Assembly (NCBI GenBank): GCA_021789865.1
Contig: JAJYIX010000002.1
Location: 1-50,626, forward strand
Direction: 5' to 3'
Length of the DNA stretch: 50,626 nucleotides
Source: a bacterium
GTDB taxonomy: Bacteria; Patescibacteriota; Microgenomatia; UBA1406; GWC2-37-13
Shown: positions 40,814-50,320 of the stretch, piece by piece
Position numbering within the stretch: position 1 is the stretch's first letter
How the letters are laid out: every line of letters begins with the position of its first letter
Made by a program: the position numbers and the translations under genes
Notes under the pieces: model-generated
The model's input: the letters and a program-made list of their open reading frames with translations, nothing else
What the model was told of the DNA's origin: nothing
Database searches by the model: none

Positions 40814-42040
40814 TTACTCATATCTTAGAGCTTCAATAGGCTGTAGTCCCGCTGCCTTCTGGGCCGGGTACCAACCAAAGACGATTCCAATGGCTCCGGA
40901 GACTCCAATCGCCAAAACGATGGCGGAACTTGAAACGGTAAATGGCAGGCTCATCACTAAGGAAAGAACATATGAAATTCCAATTCCGATGATCATACCG
41001 ATGATCCCTCCGGTGAAAGTCAGAATGATTGCTTCGATCAAAAATTGACGAATGATCGTCTGTTTTTTGGCGCCCAAAGCTTTTCGTAATCCGATTTCTC
41101 TCGTTCTTTCGGTGACGGTGACCAGCATGATATTCATGATTCCGATGCCGCCGACCAAAAGAGATATGGCGGCGATACCTCCCAAAAGGGTTGTAAAAGT
41201 ACCGGTGATCTGAGACGCGGTATTTAAAATATCACTTTGGGAGAAAATGCTGAAGTCGGCCTGAGTCGGATCGCTTATTTTATGACGAGCCAAAAGAAAA
41301 TAACCGATTTGGTCTTCGGCTTGGGTCATCACGTCCGAAGTCTTGGCCTCGACGGCGATACTTGAAAGATAGTCGACGCCAAAAAGTAGCTTCTGTGCGG
41401 TCGATAAGGGAACGTATATGATATCGTCTTGATTGTTGAATCCGGTCCCTCCTTTAGAAACGGTCACGCCAATGACCCGAAGCGACTGACCGTTGACCCG
41501 AATAAACTGACCGATCGGATTGGCGTTATCGCCAAAAAGATTGGAAACGACCGTCGGACCCAAGACGGCGACCCGGCCAATTGTCGCGTCGTTCGTCGAA
41601 GAGATAAAATTCCCGGAAGCCATATCGATTTTTCTTATCTGTTGATAAGTCGCATCGACTCCGGCGATTTGGGTATTGGTGTTATTTCGACCGGCAACGA
41701 CCTGAGCCCGCCTGGTCAATTCCGCCGACACGGCATCGATGGTCGTAATCTGCGGCGCAGAAGCGATGGCTTTGGCATCGTCTAAAGTCAGAGTCGTTCC
41801 GCCGCCGGCCGCGCCTCGAACGCCTCCCGAACTTTGGGCCGACGGTTGAATCGTCAAAAGATTGGCGCCCAAAGACTGGATTTGATTGGTGACCGCCTGT
41901 TGGCTGGCCTGACCCAAAGAAATAAGGGCAATAACGCTGCCTATCCCGATGACGATACCCAATATCGCCAATCCCGTTCTCATTTTATTGAGGGTCAGGG
42001 TCGTCATACTTTCCAAAAATGTTTCGACAAGATCTTTCAT
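40814..42040 (-). CDS. MacB/FtsX-type ABC transporter permease
   Basis: LGIVIGIGSVI, VGGIGIMNIMLVTVTERTREIGLRKALGA, PIEALRYE. Confidence 0.93.
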   Translation of the reverse strand: MKDLVETFLESMTTLTLNKMRTGLAILGIVIGIGSVIALISLGQASQQAVTNQIQSLGANLLTIQPSAQSSGGVRGAAGGGTTLTLDDAKAIASAPQITTIDAVSAELTRRAQVVAGRNNTNTQIAGVDATYQQIRKIDMASGNFISSTNDATIGRVAVLGPTVVSNLFGDNANPIGQFIRVNGQSLRVIGVTVSKGGTGFNNQDDIIYVPLSTAQKLLFGVDYLSSIAVEAKTSDVMTQAEDQIGYFLLARHKISDPTQADFSIFSQSDILNTASQITGTFTTLLGGIAAISLLVGGIGIMNIMLVTVTERTREIGLRKALGAKKQTIIRQFLIEAIILTFTGGIIGMIIGIGISYVLSLVMSLPFTVSSSAIVLAIGVSGAIGIVFGWYPAQKAAGLQPIEALRYE

Positions 42041-42055
42041 AAATCAATTCATTTG

Positions 42056-42139
42056 TTTAAAGGTTTTAAGGTTTAAAAGTTTTAAAGCGATTACTTCTTA
42101 GATCTTTCGAACCTTAAAACATTCGAACTTTTAAACTTT
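42056..42139. repeat. Imperfect inverted arrays of 8-mer units
   Basis: TTTAAAGG TTTTAAGG TTTAAAAG TTTTAAAG ... CTTTCGAA CCTTAAAA CATTCGAA CTTTTAAA. Confidence 0.65.
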
Positions 42140-42841
42140 AACGATTTGTTTTTTTATCCTGTATTGTTTGATTTTTTCGTCTTTGATGATTTTCCCGTCT
42201 TTGACGTGGATTATTCGTTTCGCATGACTGGCGATATCCGGCTCATGGGTGATCATGACGATCGTATGACCTTTGTCATTGAGCTGTTGAAAAATCTCCA
42301 TCACTTCTTCAGCCTGAGTAGAAGCGATATTTCCGGTCGGCTCATCGGCCAACAAAATCGCCGGATCCATCGACAATGCCCTGGCGATTGCAACCCTTTG
42401 CTGTTGACCGCCCGAAATTTGATTTGACGTATGATTTAGGCGGTCCCCCAGCCCGACCATTTCCAAATATTTTTTTGCCCGCGCTTCCCTTTCCTTTTCG
42501 GGGACTTCGGCATAACGCATCGGAAGCATGACGTTTTGCAATGTCGTCGTTCGAGGCAATAAATTAAAGGCTTGAAAAATAAATCCGATTTTTCGGTTTC
42601 GAACGTCGGCAGCTTCGTCGTCGGTCAGCTTACTGACTTCCTGTCCGTCGAGGATATAAGTCCCCGAAGTCGGCATGTCCAAAACTCCCAAAATATGCAT
42701 CAAAGTCGATTTACCGCTTCCCGAAGGTCCCATGATGGCGACAAATTCACCTTTATCAATTTCGAAGGAAACGTCAGACAGGGCGGCGGTTTCGATGACC
42801 CCTGTCTTGTATATTTTGGAAATATGTTTGACGCTGAGCAT
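42131..42841 (-). CDS. ABC transporter ATP-binding protein (MacB/LolD family)
   Basis: GPSGSGKST, ISGGQQQRVAIARAL, LADEPTGN, ITHE. Confidence 0.95.
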   Translation of the reverse strand: MLSVKHISKIYKTGVIETAALSDVSFEIDKGEFVAIMGPSGSGKSTLMHILGVLDMPTSGTYILDGQEVSKLTDDEAADVRNRKIGFIFQAFNLLPRTTTLQNVMLPMRYAEVPEKEREARAKKYLEMVGLGDRLNHTSNQISGGQQQRVAIARALSMDPAILLADEPTGNIASTQAEEVMEIFQQLNDKGHTIVMITHEPDIASHAKRIIHVKDGKIIKDEKIKQYRIKKQIVKV

Positions 42842-42849
42842 AGAAAAAA

Positions 42850-44124
42850 TTAACGACCAATGAATCGGGCTCCACCGCCTCCACCACCGAAGCTACTGAA
42901 AACCGATCTGGTCGTCGAAGAGGCTCCTGCCGACGAAATAGTCGCCGTGACGACCGTATCTCCTTCTTTGAGTCCCGAAGTAATCTCGGTGTCGGAATCC
43001 GAAGTGAGTCCGGTCGTGACCGAAACCGTCTGAGGAACGCCGTTTTGCATGACCTGAACAGTTGACGCACCGTTGGCTGTCGTCACCGCACTCGTCGGAA
43101 CCATCAAAGCATCATTTTTAGTCGCGGTGATGATGTTGGCGGTCGCCGACATATTGGGAAGGATCTCATCATTGCTATTGTCCAAAAGAATGACCGTCGG
43201 ATAGTTGGTGACACCGGAGTTGATGACGCCTATCAGGTCGACGCTTATGACTTTTCCGGTAAAAGTCTTGTTGGGAAAGGCGTCCAAGGTGACGGTCGCT
43301 TTGTCACCGACTTTGATTTTGGGAACGTCGATTTCCGTCAGATCGATGCTGATCGTCGGCTTGGCGTCTGTTTTTATGCCGGCAATGCTGGTCGTCGTGG
43401 CCGACGTGTTATTACTCGATTGGGAGTTGATGACCGAGCCTTTTTGAAGCGACAATCCGGAAACCGTACCGGAGATCGGGGCATAGATAATCGACGAAGC
43501 TTGTTGGTAAGCGTTCCAGGCCGCCGTTTCGGCCACCTGGGCCTGAGCGACGACATTCTGTTGATTTTTATACTTTGCCTCCGATGCCAGCCAGTTGTCT
43601 TGAGCGATGTGAAACTCCGGAAGGGCACGGTTGGTATTATTAGGACTGCCGTCTGAATTTTGATAAGTCGAGTCGGTCGCCAGATTGAAAAAAGTATTCC
43701 AGTCGGTAAACATCGTCGACTGAGTCGTGTAAAGGTCGGCTTGGGCGCTTTTGAGATTGTTTTGAGCTGAAAGGTAAGCCGACCAAGCCTGATTGGCTTT
43801 TTGCTGACCTTCAAGGTCGAGATCCAGTTCGGCGATTTTGTCACCGGCTTTCACTTTGTCGCCGTCTTTGACATAAACGGCGCTGACGACTCCGGAAGCC
43901 TGGGTAGTAATGTTATTGCTGTTGTCGGAATTAACGGTTCCGGATCCGGTAACTGTTGAAATTATTGTTCCTTTTTGAGCGGTTGCCGTTTGGTAAGTCG
44001 CTTTCGCGGACGAACTGCCGGCAATCTTTTTATACGTAAAAAAAATTGCGAGGATGACGACCGCCAAAACGATAATTTTTTGGAGAAGGGTCATCTTTAC
44101 AAACCAATCCCTGATATTCTTCAT
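42850..44124 (-). CDS. Periplasmic adaptor / membrane fusion protein (MacA/HlyD family)
   Basis: VYVKDGDKVKAGD, IYAPISGTV, EIDVPKIKVG, PNMSA. Confidence 0.9.
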   Translation of the reverse strand: MKNIRDWFVKMTLLQKIIVLAVVILAIFFTYKKIAGSSSAKATYQTATAQKGTIISTVTGSGTVNSDNSNNITTQASGVVSAVYVKDGDKVKAGDKIAELDLDLEGQQKANQAWSAYLSAQNNLKSAQADLYTTQSTMFTDWNTFFNLATDSTYQNSDGSPNNTNRALPEFHIAQDNWLASEAKYKNQQNVVAQAQVAETAAWNAYQQASSIIYAPISGTVSGLSLQKGSVINSQSSNNTSATTTSIAGIKTDAKPTISIDLTEIDVPKIKVGDKATVTLDAFPNKTFTGKVISVDLIGVINSGVTNYPTVILLDNSNDEILPNMSATANIITATKNDALMVPTSAVTTANGASTVQVMQNGVPQTVSVTTGLTSDSDTEITSGLKEGDTVVTATISSAGASSTTRSVFSSFGGGGGGARFIGR

Positions 44125-44160
44125 AAATGTTTGCGAAATTATAAAACGACAACCTTAATC

Positions 44161-45162
44161 TTAGCTGAAATATGGCAGACCGACGATAATTGTCGTCCCT
44201 TTTTTTATTTTGCTTTCAACTTTTATTGTGCCACGGTGGGTCTCGACGATTCGCTTGGCGATCGACAGTCCCAGGCCGTAGCCGCCTGTCCCCTCTTTGG
44301 CCCGCGCCGCATCGGCTCGGAAAAATCGGTTGAACAAATTCGGAATATCTTTTTTTGCGATTCCGATTCCTTGATCTTTGATGTATATATATAAGAAGTT
44401 TTTTTGTCTACTGCTCGATAGGGTGATTTTTTTTCCATCCGGAGAATATTTGATGGCATTATCGATAAATATCGTCAAAAGATCGGCCAGGCTGTATTTA
44501 TTGGCTCGGACGAATCCTTCCCTGACTTTGTTTTCCAAAACAATATTTTTCTTCACCGCCAAAGGCGCTAATCTGCCGACGACCGACGAGACGACCGGGG
44601 CCAATGCGACTTTTTCGAATTTCAAGTTTTCTTTGGGTTTTTCGTATTGGGCCAACTGCAAAAGTTGTTCGGCCAAAGACTGGAGTTTGTCGACGTCGGA
44701 AAGACTATCTTTGATCAGGTTTTTTGCGTCGCCCATGGAAAAATTCTTGTCACGAAGGCCAACTTCCATCGCCGTTTTTAAAGACGTCAGTGGCGTTCTC
44801 AACTCATGGGATGCGTCGGATATAAATCGGTTTTGTTCGTCGATCATTTCTTTTATCGGCCTGAGAGTCCGGCCGGCCAAAAAATATCCCAGGCCGCCGG
44901 CGACGATAAATATAACGCCGTTGATGACGGCCAATCCGATAAAAATTCTTCGTCTGGCCTCAGCCAACAGATCGATATCGACGACGACGGTCGGACCCGG
45001 ATAAACGCCGAAATCCCGCTCAATTCTCAGTCTTTGAATTCTCCCGAATCTTTCGACTTCATTGGTCAAACTTTTGTAAATTACAAAACTGAAACAAATG
45101 CTTATGAACATGATGATGAGCAGATACCAGGCGGTTAATTTCAGTCGCGCAGAAGTGAACAT
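44161..45162 (-). CDS. Sensor histidine kinase
   Basis: Two TM; DASHELRTPL, DNAIKYS, DQGIGI, GYGLGLSIA. Confidence 0.94.
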   Translation of the reverse strand: MFTSARLKLTAWYLLIIMFISICFSFVIYKSLTNEVERFGRIQRLRIERDFGVYPGPTVVVDIDLLAEARRRIFIGLAVINGVIFIVAGGLGYFLAGRTLRPIKEMIDEQNRFISDASHELRTPLTSLKTAMEVGLRDKNFSMGDAKNLIKDSLSDVDKLQSLAEQLLQLAQYEKPKENLKFEKVALAPVVSSVVGRLAPLAVKKNIVLENKVREGFVRANKYSLADLLTIFIDNAIKYSPDGKKITLSSSRQKNFLYIYIKDQGIGIAKKDIPNLFNRFFRADAARAKEGTGGYGLGLSIAKRIVETHRGTIKVESKIKKGTTIIVGLPYFS

Positions 45163-45167
45163 AGATG

Positions 45168-45839
45168 TTATTCTATTTTATACCCAAACCCCCTGACTGT
45201 CTGGATGAGTGATTTCTCATTTTTAAATGGAAGGTCTATCTTGGTTCTCAGGCTTTTTATATAGACTTCAACGGTATTCGGGAGAATGTCCGAGTCGTAG
45301 TCCCAGACGTGAGCGATGATTTGATCCTTACTGACAATTTTGTTGGCGTTTCTCATCAAATACTCGAGAAGGGCAAATTCCTTGCTCGACAACTGAATTG
45401 ATTTTTGGCTTCTTTCGACTTCAAAAGTTCTTGGGTTCAGGCTCAGCGTGCGTACCGTAAGACTCGTCTCCAGACTCGTCTTGGGGCGGCGGGTCAGGGC
45501 ACGAATTCTCGCCAAAAGTTCTTCAAAGGAGAAAGGTTTTACCATGTAGTCGTCAGCTCCCGAGTCAAGCCCGGTCACTTTGTCTTGAATTTGACCCTTG
45601 GCTGTTAAGATCAAAATCGGCGTGTGAATTTTTTCCCGGCGCAGATTTTTACAGAAAGTGATCCCGTCCAGCATCGGAAGCATCAGGTCGAGGACAATTG
45701 CGTCGTATTCCTCAGTCGCCGCCAAATCGTATCCGGCCTCCCCGTCGTATGTGACGTCGACCGCAAAGCCTTCCTGTTCGAGGCCTTTCTTTATCGAGTT
45801 GGCGATCCGATGCTCGTCTTCGACGATTAAGACTCTCAT
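45168..45839 (-). CDS. OmpR-family response regulator
   Basis: VEDE, LDLMLP, GADDYMVKPF, TVRGFGY. Confidence 0.95.
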   Translation of the reverse strand: MRVLIVEDEHRIANSIKKGLEQEGFAVDVTYDGEAGYDLAATEEYDAIVLDLMLPMLDGITFCKNLRREKIHTPILILTAKGQIQDKVTGLDSGADDYMVKPFSFEELLARIRALTRRPKTSLETSLTVRTLSLNPRTFEVERSQKSIQLSSKEFALLEYLMRNANKIVSKDQIIAHVWDYDSDILPNTVEVYIKSLRTKIDLPFKNEKSLIQTVRGFGYKIE

Positions 45840-45920
45840 ATGAGGGAAATTATAGTCTTTTAACTTAAAAATAGCTGAATAGAAAATCGATTAGAAAACG
45901 ACTATAATGACTCCCGCCAT

Positions 45921-46973
45921 ATGCTCAAAAAAATTTTATTGGGCTTTTTCCTTATCGAGATATTGTTGATTTTTCCCATAATTGCCTGGGCAAAGACGGG
46001 CGTTGTCAATACGGCGGCCGACGCGGTTGTCGTCAAAAAGACCTCGAACCAAACGACGGTCAGAATCGAATCCGGAGACCTAAAAAATCAAGTCTTCACT
46101 CTTGACAATAATTTCGTCAATACCGCCTACAAACTCCAGTACGGTCAAGGCGACCGGGTGATCGTCTCGATATCCAAAGTGCCCGGAGAAAAAACGACCA
46201 TGTACATCTCGGATGTCGACCGACAGCCGACTCTCATCGTCCTGGCGCTTTTATTTTTGGTGATGACGATTATCGTCGCCCGTTGGCAAGGAGTGAGTTC
46301 TATTGTCGGAATGATATTTTCCTTTTACGTCATCGTGGCAATGATCATCCCCAATATCTTGGCCGGCAGTGATCCTCTTTTGTCGGTATTTTTGGGAGCC
46401 GTTCTGATTATTCCGGTCACTTATTATCTGGCCCACGGATTCAACAAAAAGACTCACATCGCCATCATATCCACCTTTGCGACCCTGGCACTGACCGGTG
46501 CTTTGGCATATTTTTTTACCGTGTCGGCAAAATTGACCGGCTTTGCCTCCGAAGAAGCCACTTATTTGCAGACGATGTTTGGCGGACAGATCGACATAAA
46601 AAGTCTCCTTTTGGCCGGAATCGTCGTCGGCGCTTTGGCCGTCCTAAACGACATCACGATTTCCCAGACGTCGGTGGTCGAAAGTCTTCATGACTCAAAC
46701 GATCGATTGGGTTTTTGGGAATTGTATAACCACGCCATGAAAGTCGGTCATGATCACGTCGCTTCGCTCGTCAATACCTTGATACTCGTCTACATCGGTG
46801 CTTCTTTTCCTTTGGTAATTTTATTTTATAAAAGTCCGGTTCCCTTGGGACTTATCGCCAACCAAGAGATTATCGCGACGGAAATAATAAGGACTCTCGT
46901 CACTTCGATAGGCATAATCTCCGCCGTCCCGATTGCGACATATCTCGCTTGCCTGTTTGCTTCGAAGAAATAA
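45921..46973 (+). CDS. YibE/F family membrane protein
   Basis: GALAVLNDITISQ, VGHDHVASLVNTLILVYIGASFP. Confidence 0.87.
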   Translation: MLKKILLGFFLIEILLIFPIIAWAKTGVVNTAADAVVVKKTSNQTTVRIESGDLKNQVFTLDNNFVNTAYKLQYGQGDRVIVSISKVPGEKTTMYISDVDRQPTLIVLALLFLVMTIIVARWQGVSSIVGMIFSFYVIVAMIIPNILAGSDPLLSVFLGAVLIIPVTYYLAHGFNKKTHIAIISTFATLALTGALAYFFTVSAKLTGFASEEATYLQTMFGGQIDIKSLLLAGIVVGALAVLNDITISQTSVVESLHDSNDRLGFWELYNHAMKVGHDHVASLVNTLILVYIGASFPLVILFYKSPVPLGLIANQEIIATEIIRTLVTSIGIISAVPIATYLACLFASKK

Positions 46974-47436
46974 CGTTCAGGAAGTGATCGTTTATTCAAG
47001 GAAAGGACTCTGCAAAATAAGAAGTATCAAAGAAAAAAAGTGTTGATATTTTTCTTGGAGTATCTCTTATCCTATGGATTCCAAGCGACGGGAAATGCGA
47101 CTGGGTGGGAATAAGGACTTCAGCGAATCGTCTCTTTTTGATATTCGGATTTTCCCTTAATTTGAAAGGCTTGCGAAAAATAAACCGTTTTATCATCCGA
47201 AGCAACCCGAATATCCCTCTTCTCATACAAGCATAAGACTAGGCCGCTTTTCTGAAGAAAAACTGAAACTCTCCTAAGCTTGATTTTCCCCGATGGAATA
47301 GAAAAATACCGGGATAACAATTCAAATATTTTTCTTCATGCCAATCCCCCTTCCGGTTTCTCTCTAGTACATACAATATGAGTCATTGGATTTTTTAACG
47401 ATTTTTTCCTCTTTTTCTTTCGTAAAAACTTTGACT

Positions 47437-47877
47437 TTAATATACATATGGAATTACTTTGAATGTTTTTTCCTTATACTTTTTGTAGTTTTTGAAATGT
47501 CCGTCTAACAGCCGTTCTTCAAAATTTAATTTAAATAGTAAATCGGCAATTAAAAATAAATAAACAAAAATTCTTATCACGGTCATGTTTGATAGCAATA
47601 ATCCTAGTCCCGCGACAATAAGAGCTAAGTACATTGGATGACGAATGAAGCGGTAGGGACCGTCGGCAACAAGCGTCGCTTTTTTATCGACGTCGGGAGT
47701 AATCCTCAATACCGATTTCCTCATCGTATATATAGCCCACATCCCTACAAATCCTCCCAAAGAGATCAAGAATACTGAAAAAATATTTATTCCATAAATG
47801 TTTGTCGTCAAAAGAAGATATCCCAAAAAAACAAATTGCAAGGTGACGAATGTCGCCGATTTTATTTTCGATGGCAT
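47437..47877 (-). CDS. Isoprenylcysteine carboxyl methyltransferase family protein
   Basis: LVADGPYRFIRHPMY, EERLL..HF..Y..Y. Confidence 0.85.
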   Translation of the reverse strand: MPSKIKSATFVTLQFVFLGYLLLTTNIYGINIFSVFLISLGGFVGMWAIYTMRKSVLRITPDVDKKATLVADGPYRFIRHPMYLALIVAGLGLLLSNMTVIRIFVYLFLIADLLFKLNFEERLLDGHFKNYKKYKEKTFKVIPYVY

Positions 47878-47897
47878 GAGTCAATTATAAGCCTACT

Positions 47898-48467
47898 TTA
47901 TTTAAGTAAAGTATATATGGGCAGCCAGTTCCGAGCGATTTCCTGTTGCGCTTGCGACAGACTGAGTCCACCGCTACATACCTGGTCGTGAAGATAGTTC
48001 TCGACTTTGTCTTTTTCATGAAATCCCCGTGTCGGTTCGGCCGCTTCCGGCCAAAGATTACTTATGTCATTGCTTCCCCCAAGTTCGAGACTGACTAAAT
48101 GATCGACCTCATACTCGCCCGCTTTATGACTCGCTATTCCATATTCACGGTATACGGAATTTTTCACTGATTCGGTGACATTGCGGACCGACTTTGCATA
48201 ACCGGGCACGCAGATTTTATCTTTAGTAGCATCGGCGATGACTTGACCCGGGGTACATGAGGGGTCAGGAAGCGCTCCTAGCGCTTGGCATCCCGAGGTC
48301 TTGGTTCGTGCTCCAAGGACTGCGCCTTGAGCGGTGGCCGTCAAATTCGGGACAGCGGTTGGCGATATGCCGACATTTGATAATTTTTGCTCGTTGGTTT
48401 TTCCGAAAAAAGAAAACCCGTAAACAATCGATAAAACGATTACCAGAAGAACTATTTTCCTGATCAG
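47898..48467 (-). CDS. Secreted or membrane-anchored HNH endonuclease-like protein (start uncertain)
   Basis: YEVDHLVSLELGGSNDISNLWPE...KDKVEN; frame stays open upstream of TTG 48344 through a hydrophobic signal segment. Confidence 0.75.
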   Translation of the reverse strand: MIRKIVLLVIVLSIVYGFSFFGKTNEQKLSNVGISPTAVPNLTATAQGAVLGARTKTSGCQALGALPDPSCTPGQVIADATKDKICVPGYAKSVRNVTESVKNSVYREYGIASHKAGEYEVDHLVSLELGGSNDISNLWPEAAEPTRGFHEKDKVENYLHDQVCSGGLSLSQAQQEIARNWLPIYTLLK

Positions 48468-48511
48468 TCTTATAATTCAAATATTATAAATAACTTTAAC
48501 TTCTTGTTCGA

Positions 48512-48536
48512 TTTTACACCTCAGAGGTGGAAATAA
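48512..48536. repeat. Palindromic repeat family B, copy 4
   Basis: TTTTACACCTC-A-GAGGTGGAAATAA. Confidence 0.9.
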
Positions 48537-48538
48537 TA

Positions 48539-49573
48539 TTATATTTTTAAACTCTTTATGGTTTTTTCCAGTTCCTGAATAAAGTTTTCATCCATCAGTC
48601 CGGCCGCCTTAGCTTCTTCAAATAACTCTTTCGCCGAACGCTTTCTCTCCGTGGCAACCTGCATGAATCCGGGATCATTGCTCTTTTTAACAAAAAATTC
48701 AAATAATATTTTTATCTCATCGAGTGTCAAACTAAAATCTTTAACATCGACAACTATCCGTTGCCGTTTGTCTCTTGACAAAGTCAATTCGCGGCCAAGA
48801 ACAGATACCGGAGTTTCTTTAAACTGCATGATTTTTGAACCATCCTGATGCATCTGCAATTTACCCGCGGGTCTCTTAGTTCTTTTCGCCTGAGCGGAAA
48901 CCGTGGCACTTTTTTTGACATCGACTTTTTCGGTGGCAAGAGTCCTCGGCAAAACAATTCCCATGACGCTTTTAAAATCTCCTCCCATTATTCTGAACGC
49001 AACCAAATCCTCGGTCAGTTCAAATCCGAATACTTTTATATCTTTCTTTAATTTTTCCAACTCTTCCTCTACTTTTTTCAATGATTCAGGATCTTTCAAA
49101 TCAAATACCGTATCATAATTTTTCAATAATATCGGTTCAAAATTATTTTTTATAGCACCAATACCAACCTTATTTTCTTTTAAATCAAAAAGTATGCGTT
49201 TTCCTTTGGCGTTGAGGTTAATGATAAATTTATCCGAAGTCCCGGTCGTATCATCCAGTCTTCGATAGTAAGAAATACCGAATATCGGCTCGAATCCCTG
49301 GGCATCCACTTTACCGAATACGAATCTTTGCAGCTCAAGATCGATGACTCTGCCTTTTGCATCCGGTTTTGATAATCTTTCTTCACTAAGATTGAAAGCT
49401 TTTATGGGACCGAGGTCTGCGATATGCCGTCCGGCCATATCCAAATCATTACCGGTTATCTCGGCGGCCGTCAAAGCCGACTTAAGGAAAGTCTCCCGTG
49501 AAAATATCGTTGGGAATTTGAGTTTGAGATATTCTATCCTGTTTGTTTTTGCTTCCAATCTGGGTCCTCCCAT
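48539..49573 (-). CDS. Hypothetical protein
   Basis: 344-aa ORF, ATG 8 nt after TATAAT; no motif recognised. Confidence 0.7.
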   Translation of the reverse strand: MGGPRLEAKTNRIEYLKLKFPTIFSRETFLKSALTAAEITGNDLDMAGRHIADLGPIKAFNLSEERLSKPDAKGRVIDLELQRFVFGKVDAQGFEPIFGISYYRRLDDTTGTSDKFIINLNAKGKRILFDLKENKVGIGAIKNNFEPILLKNYDTVFDLKDPESLKKVEEELEKLKKDIKVFGFELTEDLVAFRIMGGDFKSVMGIVLPRTLATEKVDVKKSATVSAQAKRTKRPAGKLQMHQDGSKIMQFKETPVSVLGRELTLSRDKRQRIVVDVKDFSLTLDEIKILFEFFVKKSNDPGFMQVATERKRSAKELFEEAKAAGLMDENFIQELEKTIKSLKI

Positions 49574-49678
49574 AGCCCCATATTATAGGATAAAATTGAG
49601 AGATATTCAATTCTAGAAGCGGCAATTTATCTATCTGAATGAAATGTATACTTTAATTAATTAAAGTAGAGATATATT

Positions 49679-49697
49679 TTTTACACCTCAGAGGTGG
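49679..49697. repeat. Palindromic repeat family B, copy 5
   Basis: TTTTACACCTC-A-GAGGTGG. Confidence 0.9.
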
Positions 49698-49703
49698 GAA
49701 TGT

Positions 49704-50225
49704 TTATTTTTGATTTTCTTTGGAATAAAACCATAAAGCTTTATCCAGCGTCCTCAAAGATACTTTATTTTTTTTGGAAATTAATCTAACCGTTTTAGTG
49801 TACCTCGTCCAAAAATAAAAGTCATAGCTTTTTGGTTGCTGCCATCCTAAAGACCAAATAGCCCGAAAATCCATAATCATATATCTACTTGGCTGCATAA
49901 AATGCAATATTGTGGAAGCTACTGGCCATGACACACCTTTAAGGAGTTGTAGAACTTTTATCTTGAAGTATTCGTCTTTTGAATGAAAAGATAATTTTGT
50001 GATATTAATGATTCTTTCTTCTGAGTTAAGTTCATCTTCGTATAATTTTTTTGGTCTTTTCGATTTCCACATGCAGATTTTTAAAAAGTATTTTCTATTT
50101 AAATAATCTTTATTGTTTAACCAGTCTCTTATTTGTTTTTCTTGTAAGTAATCACTTAGTTTTCTCGATAAGATATCGTATTTCTTGCGATATATTAATA
50201 TATCGCTCCTACTTAAGTTCATCAT
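49704..50225 (-). CDS. Helix-hairpin-helix DNA glycosylase-like protein
   Basis: LLKGVSWPVASTILHF..P..YMIMDFRA (HhH + Asp), WKSKR, RTLDKALW. Confidence 0.55.
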   Translation of the reverse strand: MMNLSRSDILIYRKKYDILSRKLSDYLQEKQIRDWLNNKDYLNRKYFLKICMWKSKRPKKLYEDELNSEERIINITKLSFHSKDEYFKIKVLQLLKGVSWPVASTILHFMQPSRYMIMDFRAIWSLGWQQPKSYDFYFWTRYTKTVRLISKKNKVSLRTLDKALWFYSKENQK

Positions 50226-50239
50226 CGTTCCGATAAAAA

Positions 50240-50263
50240 TTTACACCTCAGAGGTGGAAATAA
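50240..50263. repeat. Palindromic repeat family B, copy 6
   Basis: TTTACACCTC-A-GAGGTGGAAATAA, preceded by CGTTCCG at 50226-50232. Confidence 0.9.
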
Positions 50264-50320
50264 ATATCTACGTAATAAGACTTATCTCTAAGGTATTGAA
50301 AATCCATTGTTAATAAAGTG

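Noticed and set aside
47072-47386. TGA read-through (genetic code 25) joining short ORFs
   Set aside because: Many clear genes end in TGA at expected positions, and the joined product has no recognisable motif
48512-50263. Family B repeats as classical integron attC sites or intrinsic terminators
   Set aside because: No RYYYAAC...GTTRRRY box and far too short for attC; no integron integrase in the window; no T-run directly after the stem on the coding (minus) strand
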